This document shows, piece after piece, positions 1 to 10,931 of a DNA stretch of 64,000 nt (positions are counted from its first letter, which is position 1; every line of letters begins with the position of its first letter). The position numbers were made by a program, and so were the translations under genes. This DNA is from Tetramitus jugosus (lineage: Eukaryota > Protista > Heterolobosea), in assembly GCA_937625935.1 (NCBI GenBank), contig OW569384.1, positions 368,433 through 432,432 on the forward strand, read 5' to 3'. Below the pieces are notes generated by a model. That model did not search any database, had not been told where the DNA came from, and saw nothing but the letters and a program-made list of their open reading frames with translations.

Positions 1-4
1 TCTC

Positions 5-1084
5 ATGAAGCGCGACAAGAAGGTGTATCAAGAGTTGGACAATGTTGGCGAAGAGATTCATGAAATTCGAGCAAAATTGAATGTGAGTGCACGAGCACAG
101 GAAATGTCTGGTAAGCCCTTGAACAAGAAGCAAGAACGAGAACAAAAGAAATTGAAATCAAAGTTGAGTGAACTGGAGAGAAGGAGTAGATATTTTGATG
201 AGAAACGAGGAAGTTGGATGCACAAGATGGAACCGTTCATGTATCCTGTTAAGTTTGTAATTGGCGTTCTGCTGTTGTTGTGCACTGTTGCAATTGTTGC
301 ATCCTTGATTATTACGCAGATTGATCGCGCAGTATTCAGTGAGTGTGGTATTCGATGTGGCTTTATTCTGAATAAGCACCACCCTTGGAACCCGCTTGAT
401 CTTTTGTTGACATATGCAAGCATTGCATTCCCTGTTGACTATGTACTCACTGGTCTATTTATCGCATTGTTCATGTTGGGATCACTTGTTGGACTGTCCA
501 ATATTGGAATTCGATTTTTGTTTATCAAGTTGTACAAGATTAAGTTCCGCAAGACTCTTCCACAGGGATTGTTGACCGGTTGTATATTTTTGATGTTTAT
601 CATCACGGTCTTTTCATTCTCTCTAGTGAGTTTTGCGCCTCAGTATGCCACATTTGGAAGTCAAAAGTATAGGGATGCACAAACAAACAAGCTAGTTGAC
701 TGCAATATGAATGCACTGTACAATGGTACTGTCACTCACAACAGTACACTCACAGAATATGATCCTATGGTGTTCAATTCTGGCTCTGTATATGTCGGTC
801 GTCCATGTTACATGTCTCAAATTGCTACTCTTGTGAATAGTGTGGCTGTTCGCGTGCCCGTGTTCAGTGCAATCTTCTATTTTGCAAACTGGGTGTTTGT
901 TGCCATGTATTTATTCTTTTTCGTTGTTGCTATCTTCAGAAGACCAGCTGTACTCATCAGTACAGAAGATTCTGATGACGAAGAAGAAGACCTGATCGAG
1001 AAAGAACCATTAACGAGAAGGAGAGAGTCAAGAACTCGCACTGTCAATGCAACGAGCAAATACTCGACAAACTATGATATATAA
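5..1084 (+). CDS. LMBR1-family multi-pass membrane protein (LMBD1/lysosomal cobalamin escort-like), C-terminal part; 5' end probably upstream of the window
   Basis: Coiled loop followed by several TM helices; motifs CGxxCGF..NPLD, FPVDY, GIRFLFIKLYKIK..T.PQGLL, APQY.TFGSQ; acidic C-tail with a DEEEDLI dileucine-like signal. Confidence 0.8.
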   Translation: MKRDKKVYQELDNVGEEIHEIRAKLNVSARAQEMSGKPLNKKQEREQKKLKSKLSELERRSRYFDEKRGSWMHKMEPFMYPVKFVIGVLLLLCTVAIVASLIITQIDRAVFSECGIRCGFILNKHHPWNPLDLLLTYASIAFPVDYVLTGLFIALFMLGSLVGLSNIGIRFLFIKLYKIKFRKTLPQGLLTGCIFLMFIITVFSFSLVSFAPQYATFGSQKYRDAQTNKLVDCNMNALYNGTVTHNSTLTEYDPMVFNSGSVYVGRPCYMSQIATLVNSVAVRVPVFSAIFYFANWVFVAMYLFFFVVAIFRRPAVLISTEDSDDEEEDLIEKEPLTRRRESRTRTVNATSKYSTNYDI

Positions 1085-1102
1085 TTAGACGCTTTGTGTT
1101 TA

Positions 1103-2263
1103 CTAACTTATTGGTTTGTCACTGTTGCTTAGTTCTGCTGATGCCTCCTTCAACTCCTTTACAACATCTACACCGTTGTAATAAAAGGTAGTCATACGTT
1201 TTTTGGTACCCGTTATATCCCTATAATCCTCGTTGAATTCTTGAATTAGATGCTGTAGTCTCTCGTGTAATTGCTCGAGAACAATGTTCTTTCTCAGGAG
1301 GTCAGCTTTCAATCCTCTCGTGGCTGCCTTGTCTTGATCCTGTTCACTCTTGCTGATCATGATGTTTAAAGATTCAATCTCAAGTACTATCGATTCCCTC
1401 GCGTTAATGGCTTCAAGAACATCAATCAGCTTATCCCTGCATATTACCAACAGATTAATTTCACCTATGATCGCCACTTCGTTCCGCTTGACATTATTAT
1501 TGATATGAACGTCAATAAACAATTGTCTTCTCCGAACTGGAATAAGGAGGTCATCCCAGAGAACAAACAACGCTTTCTTGGCAGCTTCAAAGGTCATACC
1601 AGCACTGTAATCCTCCACGTTGGCATCTCTGTAGATATCAAAGAAACTCCAATCAATCTCCTGACTCTGATCCTGTTTCGCTCCATTCTTCTTGTACGGC
1701 ATATCTTTCTCCATTCTCTTCTCCATCTGTTTCATGTGCTTCTTGAATGATTCAGTTTTTACATAATCGCAATTCGAGTCCTTTCTAGCATCATATTCTG
1801 TCATTGATGTTGACAAGGAGTCATCCCAGTCTCCACTGTGGAAGTACATGTTGATAGCTGACATAGATGTCTTCTTCTTGTGAGTTCTTGGTGTTCTTGG
1901 TGTTCTTGGTGACTTTTTCTTCTCTTCATCCAGCTTTACGAGTTTAAACATGCTCTTCCTCATGGGGCTATCAATATATGCATGAACAGTCTTCTCTGGT
2001 AGACGAGGATAACTTTTGGATAGAACACTCTCATCCTTACTCCCAGGATCACTACAAGAAGTCTTCCTCGGAGTACCTTCTCCCTCCTGGATGTAACCCA
2101 AGGGTCGCTGTAATTTCTGTCTATACTTTACAAGTTTAATATACCTCTTCACTGGTTGAGGTAAATTGTTCTCCGAGTTTTGATTCACAGTCATTATTAC
2201 CTCCTCAGCTCGAATCGTCTTTGGTGTTGCGCTGTCAGACCGGGTTATCTGTGCGTTGGACAT
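1103..2263 (-). CDS. Protein with C-terminal MAP65/Ase1/PRC1- or CCDC87-like helical domain; paralog of 2369-3421
   Basis: 386-aa ORF; LWDDLLIP..RR..F, EAINARE and EFNED...FYYNGVD motifs; basic SP/TP-rich N-terminus. Confidence 0.55.
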   Translation of the reverse strand: MSNAQITRSDSATPKTIRAEEVIMTVNQNSENNLPQPVKRYIKLVKYRQKLQRPLGYIQEGEGTPRKTSCSDPGSKDESVLSKSYPRLPEKTVHAYIDSPMRKSMFKLVKLDEEKKKSPRTPRTPRTHKKKTSMSAINMYFHSGDWDDSLSTSMTEYDARKDSNCDYVKTESFKKHMKQMEKRMEKDMPYKKNGAKQDQSQEIDWSFFDIYRDANVEDYSAGMTFEAAKKALFVLWDDLLIPVRRRQLFIDVHINNNVKRNEVAIIGEINLLVICRDKLIDVLEAINARESIVLEIESLNIMISKSEQDQDKAATRGLKADLLRKNIVLEQLHERLQHLIQEFNEDYRDITGTKKRMTTFYYNGVDVVKELKEASAELSNSDKPIS

Positions 2264-2292
2264 GGTTTTATTGATACTAAGACAATTCTATT

Positions 2293-2344
2293 TGAAACTG
2301 AATTCATGAACGGTGGTTTTAACCGTTCATTGGTTGAAGTTTCA
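2293..2344. promoter_or_regulatory. Palindromic centre of the bidirectional intergenic region between the two paralogs
   Basis: ATGAACGGT(2306-2314)/ACCGTTCAT(2322-2330) plus outer TGAAACT(2293-2299)/AGTTTCA(2338-2344). Confidence 0.5.
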
Positions 2345-2368
2345 GTGCGATGAGTACGGACTGCATGG

Positions 2369-3421
2369 ATGGTGCGCAGAACAAAACAAACTCGCATGTC
2401 GTCGCAATCACCACCAAACAAGCTGACCCCCTTACAGTGGAGAGATAAGATTACACAAAAGAGAAGAGTTTCGAGTGCTGATAAAGATAAATATAAGCTT
2501 GTTCATGAGATTACTCTCTCCGCGTATCTGGCGAGTACTCCTGTCAAAGGAAAAGTCGATAACCACCCAAAAGGCCTTCGAAGACGCTCTCACAGTTCAA
2601 TAGATCAATTATCGAGAAGGGACAGCTCTCCTCTTTCTCAAAGGAGTCACAGCAGTTTATCGGACCAAGAAAATGGAGGAAACAATAAGTTAGTTCCTCT
2701 TCGACAACCATTTCGACTAAAGCGAACTGATGTCGATCCTAGTTCTCCTGTGACCCCTCAAAGCGCTTCACCTACCGCCCGAAAACCAACTCGAGGTTTA
2801 AGCAGTGAATCTCCTGACAGCTCATCTGAGGATAATAGAAAAGATAAATTAATCACTATTCACAGGTTTAGAAACAGTCCAACGAGTGGAATCAAAGGGG
2901 AAATAGATTGGGGAAGATTTGACATAGTTAATGACGCTAATATTGATGAATTGAGTCAAGAGATGACATTTGAAGCTTCGAAACGGGCATTAGCTATACT
3001 GTGGAGAGATATGTACATCTCTGAGGAACATCAAAGATCATTCTCAGATCTCCATTTCTCCAATAAGAACACACATAGTGGGGCTTCTATTTTAGCAGAA
3101 ATTAATCTGTTAGTTATGTGTAGAGATAAACTTGTTGAAACAATTAAGTGTATTCAAAAATTGGAGGAAGTGACAAAGACTGTTAGGAGCATCGAGACTT
3201 TGTCTTCCCCAGGATCACTACAAGAAGAACTGGACAAACAAAAGCAGAAGATGAGGAGATTATCCTCTGAACTACTCGACCTCATGCTGGAATTCAACGA
3301 AGACCATGCCAATGTTGTTGGTGGGACATCAGTGGGAACTAAGAGGTCATTCATCTTCAACGGGGAGGACCTTATGAAACGGCTCTCAAGCAAACTACCT
3401 CGCTCAATCAATAAAATATAG
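2369..3421 (+). CDS. Paralog of 1103-2263 (MAP65/CCDC87-like domain); start may instead be the Met at 2396
   Basis: EIDWGRFDIVNDANIDELSQEMTFEASKRALAILW..ILAEINLLVMCRDKL aligns with EIDWSFFDIYRDANVEDYSAGMTFEAAKKALFVLW..IIGEINLLVICRDKL. Confidence 0.55.
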   Translation: MVRRTKQTRMSSQSPPNKLTPLQWRDKITQKRRVSSADKDKYKLVHEITLSAYLASTPVKGKVDNHPKGLRRRSHSSIDQLSRRDSSPLSQRSHSSLSDQENGGNNKLVPLRQPFRLKRTDVDPSSPVTPQSASPTARKPTRGLSSESPDSSSEDNRKDKLITIHRFRNSPTSGIKGEIDWGRFDIVNDANIDELSQEMTFEASKRALAILWRDMYISEEHQRSFSDLHFSNKNTHSGASILAEINLLVMCRDKLVETIKCIQKLEEVTKTVRSIETLSSPGSLQEELDKQKQKMRRLSSELLDLMLEFNEDHANVVGGTSVGTKRSFIFNGEDLMKRLSSKLPRSINKI

Positions 3422-3520
3422 GGCCTGTCAATAATTGAAGTTTTATAAAATAATAAGGAAAATTGGATTTGGAGTTTTGGGCATTGGAGTGGATAGTCTG
3501 GGCAGCTTTAGGTATACTAT

Positions 3521-4792
3521 TTACAAAAAGTATTCTGGGTTAGGCTTCTTACCAGGGATACCACGAGCGTCCTGAGGAGCAGCCTCGAATTCCTTAAAGT
3601 TCTTATTCAAATTTTCGTCTAGTTCCAATATGGCGGCAACGTTGCCACATCTGTAGCAATAGTTTGGAGCGGACCAAACGGTAACCAACGTGTCATTGAA
3701 CATGTGCTTGTATCCTTCCATGACAAGCTGATGAGCTCGAGCAATCAAGCTAATCTTATTGGTTTGATTGAATTGACTGACGACATCTCCACCAAACAAA
3801 TAACCGGCACCTCTTGGACTCAAGCCCCATCCATCAATGTCCTCAGGGTCAGACCACAGTAAATCACACATGGAGCCATCGTGAGGAACTTCTTGCTTTC
3901 TATCAATTTTACGAATCTGAACACACACACACACAGGGAGAAACAATGAGAGTTTGGTGTCAATAAAATAGTCTCACACATAAAGGATCTCACTCACAAA
4001 TGTCACACGAAAATATCAAAAGTGGTGATACATCAAAATGATACATCAAAAGACCCACACACCCACACACATACCTGATCCAGTGTTGTTATAGATGGAG
4101 ACAAACCTCCGTGCACACAAAAGATTCTCTCTTCAATCAGAGCGGACAAGCTCAAATAATCAAATATTTCAGTGCAATAGCGCCACACATTTACACTTCC
4201 GTACTTTCTCAGACATTCATCATAAAAGCCATACACTTGTGTAATTTGTCTGCTTTCATGGTTGCCTCTAATCAGTGTAATACGGTCAGGGTATCGGACT
4301 TTAAGAGCTAATAATAACAAAAAGGTCTCAACACTGTAGAAACCTCGATCCACAAAATCACCCATAAATAAGTAGTTGGTGTCAGGTACATCACCACCAA
4401 CTTTGAACAATTCCTTCAAATCATAAAATTGTCCATGAATGTCACCACAAACCTATCATTGAGTCATATGTTGGATTATTTTTGTTACAATGTGAGTGAT
4501 GATATCACATGGCAAAGCGCGAGAAGGGGAATCCATTTTTTTGAAGAAAAAAACGTGCCGTCGTCAAAAAAGTGTGAAAATTAGCAAATGTGATATTGCG
4601 CGAGTGAGAAGCATCAATTATTGAGAGAAAACTTACAGTAACTGGTGCAAAGACGCGTTGAACGTTGGCTTCTTCAACAAGAATTTCCTTTGCTTTTTGG
4701 CACAACTGTTTGACTTCTGCTTCTTTGATAAGCTCGCAGTTTTTCAGTTGTTCGATTTGTCTGTCTAAATCTGATGATGAAGGGCCACTCAT
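3521..4792 (-). CDS. PPP4C: Ser/Thr protein phosphatase 4 catalytic subunit; 3 exons (4792-4637, 4452-4075, 3916-3521), 309 aa
   Basis: [29 protein letters not shown] motifs; [10 protein letters not shown]-terminus; YFL C-terminus; GTAAGT/GTATGT..AG introns join the exons in frame. Confidence 0.93.
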
Positions 4793-5796
4793 ATTGTGTT
4801 TGATGTTTGATGTTGTTGTTAGCGGATTTTCGTGTGCTTTTTGTTGAATTTCTCAAGCTTTCTGTGCGCTTTTGTAACCGGCGAATGGTTACAAAGCGGA
4901 GAAATAATGAGAACAAACATCAGGAACATCAAACATCGTTGCACAAAAATACAACACCAAGAATACACGCTCGGGATATCCTGTTCGCAGGAGTAATTCA
5001 TTTATTCGCTGACTGTTGATGGGTACAGTGCCTTGGCTCTCGTTTGGAAATGGAAGAAGTCTGGTCTTGTGTTCACTTGTTCCATGGAGCTAAAAGCATG
5101 GCAGGTGAACGAATCATGTGTGTGAACAACAGTCAGACAGACATTACCTGTGTTAGTGATCGATACAGTGGCCAGATGGCAAAAGAGAACAAATTGTGTG
5201 AATGGTGGTGAGGTGAACATACACTTTGCTGTACGCTTTCGATAGACGAATGTCGTCCCATTTGTACGATGAGACAATGTACTTGACAAATGCAAATGAT
5301 CCCACAAGGCAAACAACTATACACTCCAATGCAATCTACGACATGACAAGAAGAGAAATAGGACAAAAACATGTGCATTATTAGAGAAAAGATTCACTTG
5401 TGTGCGAGCTATTCTTCTGATCATGATACTTACATCAAATGGCAAAGAGGAAGCTTCTCCGTGCAGTTTCATATCTGTGATTTTCAACGTGAAAGTGTCA
5501 TTTCATGATATTAGTTCGTTCATTATGATTTGACAACATTTATACGGTCCAAGAAAAAGAGAACATTTTGGTCAAATTTCGCTTCAAACAATGTTATGGA
5601 GAGTCAACAACATAGAGAGTTCTGAAAACGTACATTGAACTGCGGATATAACTGAATGAATCAATCCAATCAAACTAAGAAATATGATCACTTTCCAAAA
5701 TGCCATTTCTGAATGTTATTCTCGTTTTTTTTGTTCGATCAAATTTTTGAATTTATTTTTCCGAAATAGGTGATTGAAGTTTCACTTAGTCCGAGT

Positions 5797-7807
5797 CTAA
5801 ATTGAAAGCTTGCTGAACAATAATTCTTGTTGTTGCTGGCTTGTACTTGCATTATCCATCTCGTGTATCCACTCATCGAGTTCCATCGATGGTGTCTTAC
5901 TCGAGTTGTCATCTGTTGTCAATATCTTACATATGTGGAATTTGATGTACTTGTGACCGATTGTTGGTGCATCTTGCATCTCAGCCAGCTGATATGCTGT
6001 TTTGTTGTGAGTTTGTTCGTTGTTTCGGGAATTGACCAACAGCTCGGCATTGGCTCCAGCCTTCACGAGTGCTCTGACTTTGGGTCCATTGAGAGAGGCG
6101 GCAGCCACGTGCAGAGCAGTCTTTCCATCTGAGTTTAATGCATCAATGTCAAAATTATTTGATTTGCCTACGGATGATACGAGAGTTGGAATGTAATGCG
6201 GTTGGATCATGTGTATCAAATAATCAAATCGATCGAGAGTCTTTCTAGGAATGTCAATCTTGGCACCTGCCTCGATGAGCAACTTAAGCATCTCTCCAGA
6301 TGGATCTGCTGTTGGAAGATGTGACGCTGAAAGTAAATGAATTGGGAGCTAAAACACAATGGATGAATGCTATTGTTAGCATATCAAAATACAAGCAATG
6401 TGTCAAGTAAGTAATACATACCTGTCCTTGCTTATCTGGAATATTGGGATCTAGACCGTGTGCCAACAAGACCTTTAGTGATTTTATACATCCTTTGAAA
6501 ACTGCCAAGTGCAACAGATTCAAATCCTTTCCTGTCGTAACATTTATATTAGCAGCACCATGAACGATGGCAAATTCAAGGTCGTCTGCTCTGTCCACTG
6601 TCACTAAGTCTGTAATTGGATACACACCCTTATTGCTAGGAATATTCATGTCAGCCCTATACTTTTTGATAATGTACTTTAGAATAGCGGACGACCTTTG
6701 TACATTGTTCTCGTTCCTTGACAAAATAAAGCAGCATGTATATCCCTCGTTCTTCGTTCTCACATTTATATCCTCTCCTTTTTCTATTAATGAGCGAATC
6801 AAGAACAATTGGTTTGCAGAACACGCTTGGTGGATCAATCGAACTCCCTCACAACTTTCTGAATAATCCGCGCCATTCAACACCAGCAGGTTCAAGATAT
6901 GAAAGGCGTGCTGTTCGTCCAAAGGATCGAGCTCTTGGGCCATTTCCATAAAATGAACCATGATGGACTGTGGAGATTGTTCTAACCTGTGCTTCTTGAA
7001 CTTCTTTTGCAGGTTCAATTGCTTGCTAAATTGGGCCAATATTCTCTCAAACAGAACCAAATTACCGGATGCAAGAAACAATGGAGTCGCACCTGTATTG
7101 TTTCCTTCCAACACATTGATATCTTCACCTTTGTTCACCAACAATTGAATCTTTGCGAATGCAATATCGGCCATCTTTTTCGATTTGATTCTCTTTTCTT
7201 CAATTGACACTGTAGACTGTGTGTCACCTTTGTTGTTTTCCTCCTTTACGATTCCATTCATCGCAGCCAAATGAATGGCTCTTCGTGTACTATATCTTTG
7301 GTTCCAATCAGCTCCAGACTGCAACAAAAGATCCACAATTTGAACTGAAGATTCACCAGGGTTCATACAAGCAACGTGCAAACAAGTGGCACGTTTTTGC
7401 GGGTTGGAGCTTGGTAAATCAACACTGATCTTATACTCTGTGAGATCCAGCGACAACAAATAGCGCAAAACATCACTTGTATTGGCGTTGGCACAGGCAA
7501 AGTGAATAGGAAGTGCCTCACCGAGATCACCCAATACACATTTTTGATTCATTTTGGCACCATGAGTCTCAATCAAGAGCTTCACAATCGCATCAGATGA
7601 ACAGTGCATACAGGCCAAACACAATGGAGTCAAACCAGTGAAATCAAATTGTTTTTCATCCTGCTTGTTGCTGTCATCCCGAGCAGCAAATGGAAGATCA
7701 ATCAGGGATCGAATGGCTTGTTTATTCGAGGAGTCCTCCAGTGAGATCACATCTTCACTGAGGATCACTTGAATCAGTTGGGTTTGGGCTTGGATGAGCT
7801 GGGACAT
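5797..7807 (-). CDS. Ankyrin-repeat protein; 2 exons (7807-6422, 6348-5797), about 645 aa
   Basis: Repeated TPL/LH.A..G helix-turn-helix ankyrin motifs; 73-nt GTATGT..TTTTAG intron joins GQ|LPIHLL in frame. Confidence 0.85.
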
Positions 7808-8368
7808 GTTTTTTTGGTTTTTTTGGCTTGGGAAGATTGATCAGGAGGAATGGTGGGGAAAATGAAAACTGGAGTGAAACCTGATCAAAGTCGATTGAAT
7901 TTTGACCGGCATGTGTCTTCCAGATTGGTCATACAACATTGGACGAAGAACTTTGTAATGTTTTGTATTGGTGACTTCTATTCACAAAAGATCCACTAAT
8001 TGGTGTAACAGGGGATACCAAGAGTATTCTCTTAGTGAATACTTGAACCTTAATTAACCTTGTTCAAGTGGTGCCTGGACCACTGTAGTTGTTTCAATTC
8101 CTGCAATTAGGTTTCTCCGAACTCCTTGTCGACCACACAAATCGGTTTCCTCAGATGCATGGCTCCTTTTTTTAATAGGTGTCTGTCACCAACCCATCTC
8201 GCAGAAACCTCTCCATTGTAATCCAGTTCAAGCACCCATAATTCCGATACAGTACTTTTGAAGGAATCTTTCCAAGAGCGAACAAGAACCGAGAAACTAA
8301 CTCCCACACAAAGCAACAAATCGAACAAAACAACCAACAACAATTTCCCATCACCACCTGGATCCGTC

Positions 8369-10777
8369 ATGACCTCCTCCACACCAACAACACAAACGAG
8401 AATCAAAGTCCAATACAAGAATGACATTCGTGCCCTATTGATATCTCAACAACAACAACAACAATTGTTGTCTCTCCAACAAGTTGTGACTCGACTGATT
8501 TCACTGTTTCCATCCTTGTTGTTGTCACCACAAGATGAGAGCTTGAACTTGTTTTTCCAACGATATCAACTAAAGTACGTTGATGATGAGAATGATCTCG
8601 TGTCGATTGAACATGAGAATGAATGGTTGGAAGCGATTCGCATTCTCAGCCTCAAAAAACCACCTCAGAAATTATTGTCGAAACACATCAAGCAAACAAG
8701 AAGTGGAACCTCTGATCGTCATCAGACTCATGGTGAAAGTCAATATGATATTCAATTAATGATTATAGATCGTAATTCATCTCTTTTTCCCTTTATCAAT
8801 AACATTAAGACTGATATCATTAGTAGTAATAATAGTAGTAGTACTAACATTACTAATAATGTTGGGAGTGAGAATGAGAATAATGGTGGCCAATTGTCAT
8901 CGTCGCCGTCATCATTGGAACAATCATGGTACTTTGCTCACATTTCCTATGATGAAACCAGTGAACATCCAAACAACAACAATCACAACATGAATAACAA
9001 TGATAGTAGTAGCAGTAGCAATAATAATATCAGTAGCAATAATGATGTATCCAATTTGAAGTCATGTGTCATCAAGAGTATGAATCCAATAGATGGTGCC
9101 ACGGTCTATCCAGGTCAAAAGTTTGAAAAGCAGTGGTTGTTGAAGAACACTGGTAATGCACCGTGGCCTTCTCAAGTACAACTCTCTGAAAGACCAGATA
9201 GAGAACTGAATGGGTGCATTGTGGCGCGAGTGGTACCCGTTGCACAACCCAATGAATCTGTAGTTGTGTCCGTCACAGTCCAAATGCCATCTCTCATTCT
9301 TCATCATGACCAAAGCAACTATGGTGGTAGTAGTAGTCGAGTCCTCAAGTGTTATTTCAAGTTGAAGACGGAACCTGGAGTGAACGGTAGAGAGTTTGGA
9401 GCAACATTTTGGTTCGAAGTCAATTATTGTGCATCGGAACCTTCATTATCACCAGCACCATTTCAACAACAACAACAACAAAGTGTAACTTTGCCAACAA
9501 CAATGAACAATGTACCAATGACTCAACCTACGATGATGAGCAACTATCCTCAATATCCATCCAACAATATTTATTATCAACAACAACAACAACAACAGGT
9601 TCCTACTATGATGAATACTACTCCAATTACTACCACCACTGTTTCTGCTACTCCAAGTTATGGTATGAATAATAGTCTTCATGATTACAGAGCAATGGTG
9701 ATGTCAAATCCTGTATCACAGAATATGACAACAACTACTTCTCATCTGTCTCCTGTCATCACAAGTACTGCTTCTACTGCTACTAGTACAGCTACTAGTA
9801 CAGCTACTTCCATTGATGCCACTCAATCTCTTGCGGGTTCTACTCCAACAATGATGAATCTCAGTAATAATGATCAACACAGTTTGATTGATACGGATTC
9901 TGATAGTGATACCAATAGTGATGATGGTGAACAATCCGAGTTTTTGAACATTTGTGATGATGAACAACACCAATCATCATTGCTGTCATCCTCTTCATCC
10001 CTTTCATCATCACCGGTAACAGTATCCTCAGTAACAGTGTCCGTATCAGCCGCAGTATCATCTCCTCCAAGATCAATGTCACCATTGTTCGTAGCAGACA
10101 CAACTTCATCAGCCATCGTACAAATGCATGACGATCCTTCTTCCATGGCATCACTGCAAAACAAGAAGACAACGACCGTGATGAGCAGCAGTGATATCAG
10201 TGGTCGCAATAGCAGAAGTGATAGTAATAGTAGTAGCATGAGTGCTCTAAGTGGTCCTAATACGAGTCCTGTACAGGACATTGCAAAGGTGGAGACAAGT
10301 TATCCACCTGTTTCCTCACTTCCCCCTGTTTTCAATCAGAAACAGAGTGACACTGATGATGCTAGTCCACTTTCTGTGATGATTCAGAATAATCTCAATC
10401 TCAATTATTTGAATGATGCAGGAAACAGACCTGTTGTCTATCGCAATGAAGATGATGCACAACAATTACAAGAGAGAGAATCATTATTGCAACACAAGTA
10501 TTCAGAAGCACCAAACACTGAAGACACCTATGTTCCATTGTTCAAAAAGCCTCAGAGCGACAACAACGCCTCAACATCAACATCCACAGCTGCTACGGTC
10601 TCCGCCAGTGCATCTTCCAATTCCAACTTTTCCAATCAAGCAAACAAGTGGAAGCCACAATTGGCACTCTTGAGAAGAGTCAATGCCCTTAACAATGTAG
10701 ATGATGACGAAGCACTCAGACTGCTCGAATTGTACCATGGTAACTTGACCGATGTCATCACCCACGTGTTTAAGTAA
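8369..10777 (+). CDS. NBR1-like selective autophagy receptor (PB1 - FW/NBR1 domain - low-complexity - UBA-like)
   Basis: PB1 with IKVQY..DIR and LKYVDDENDLVSI; FW domain DGATVYPGQKFEKQWLLKNTG..WP..FGATFWFEV; C-terminal UBA-like ALRLLELYHGNLTDVI; likely start ATG 8369. Confidence 0.8.
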   Translation: MTSSTPTTQTRIKVQYKNDIRALLISQQQQQQLLSLQQVVTRLISLFPSLLLSPQDESLNLFFQRYQLKYVDDENDLVSIEHENEWLEAIRILSLKKPPQKLLSKHIKQTRSGTSDRHQTHGESQYDIQLMIIDRNSSLFPFINNIKTDIISSNNSSSTNITNNVGSENENNGGQLSSSPSSLEQSWYFAHISYDETSEHPNNNNHNMNNNDSSSSSNNNISSNNDVSNLKSCVIKSMNPIDGATVYPGQKFEKQWLLKNTGNAPWPSQVQLSERPDRELNGCIVARVVPVAQPNESVVVSVTVQMPSLILHHDQSNYGGSSSRVLKCYFKLKTEPGVNGREFGATFWFEVNYCASEPSLSPAPFQQQQQQSVTLPTTMNNVPMTQPTMMSNYPQYPSNNIYYQQQQQQQVPTMMNTTPITTTTVSATPSYGMNNSLHDYRAMVMSNPVSQNMTTTTSHLSPVITSTASTATSTATSTATSIDATQSLAGSTPTMMNLSNNDQHSLIDTDSDSDTNSDDGEQSEFLNICDDEQHQSSLLSSSSSLSSSPVTVSSVTVSVSAAVSSPPRSMSPLFVADTTSSAIVQMHDDPSSMASLQNKKTTTVMSSSDISGRNSRSDSNSSSMSALSGPNTSPVQDIAKVETSYPPVSSLPPVFNQKQSDTDDASPLSVMIQNNLNLNYLNDAGNRPVVYRNEDDAQQLQERESLLQHKYSEAPNTEDTYVPLFKKPQSDNNASTSTSTAATVSASASSNSNFSNQANKWKPQLALLRRVNALNNVDDDEALRLLELYHGNLTDVITHVFK

Positions 10778-10931
10778 ATTAAAAAGCTGTACATTTTTCC
10801 AGTCAACTGAAGTTCGCATCGCATGTTCCCCCTCACAAAAACAAAAAACACACACCACAAACATCCAATTTATTATTTCATTGATTATAGATATCCATTG
10901 CATCTCCTCTCTTTCTAAATAATAGCCAACA

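Noticed and set aside
5002-5400. Coding-like intergenic stretch upstream of PP4c
   Set aside because: Short ORFs, stops in the plus frames and no recognisable motif; cannot be called a gene or transposon
7788-7800. GGGTTTGGG inside the ankyrin gene as a telomerase-template or interstitial telomere candidate
   Set aside because: Only 1.5 units, lying in coding sequence (AQTQ codons); expected by chance
8258-8368. Upstream non-ATG ORF extensions (also 11620, 15082, 18735, 27649, 32580, 43832)
   Set aside because: Track starts at TTG/GTG or upstream codons within A/C-rich 5' leaders; conserved or better-context ATGs lie downstream
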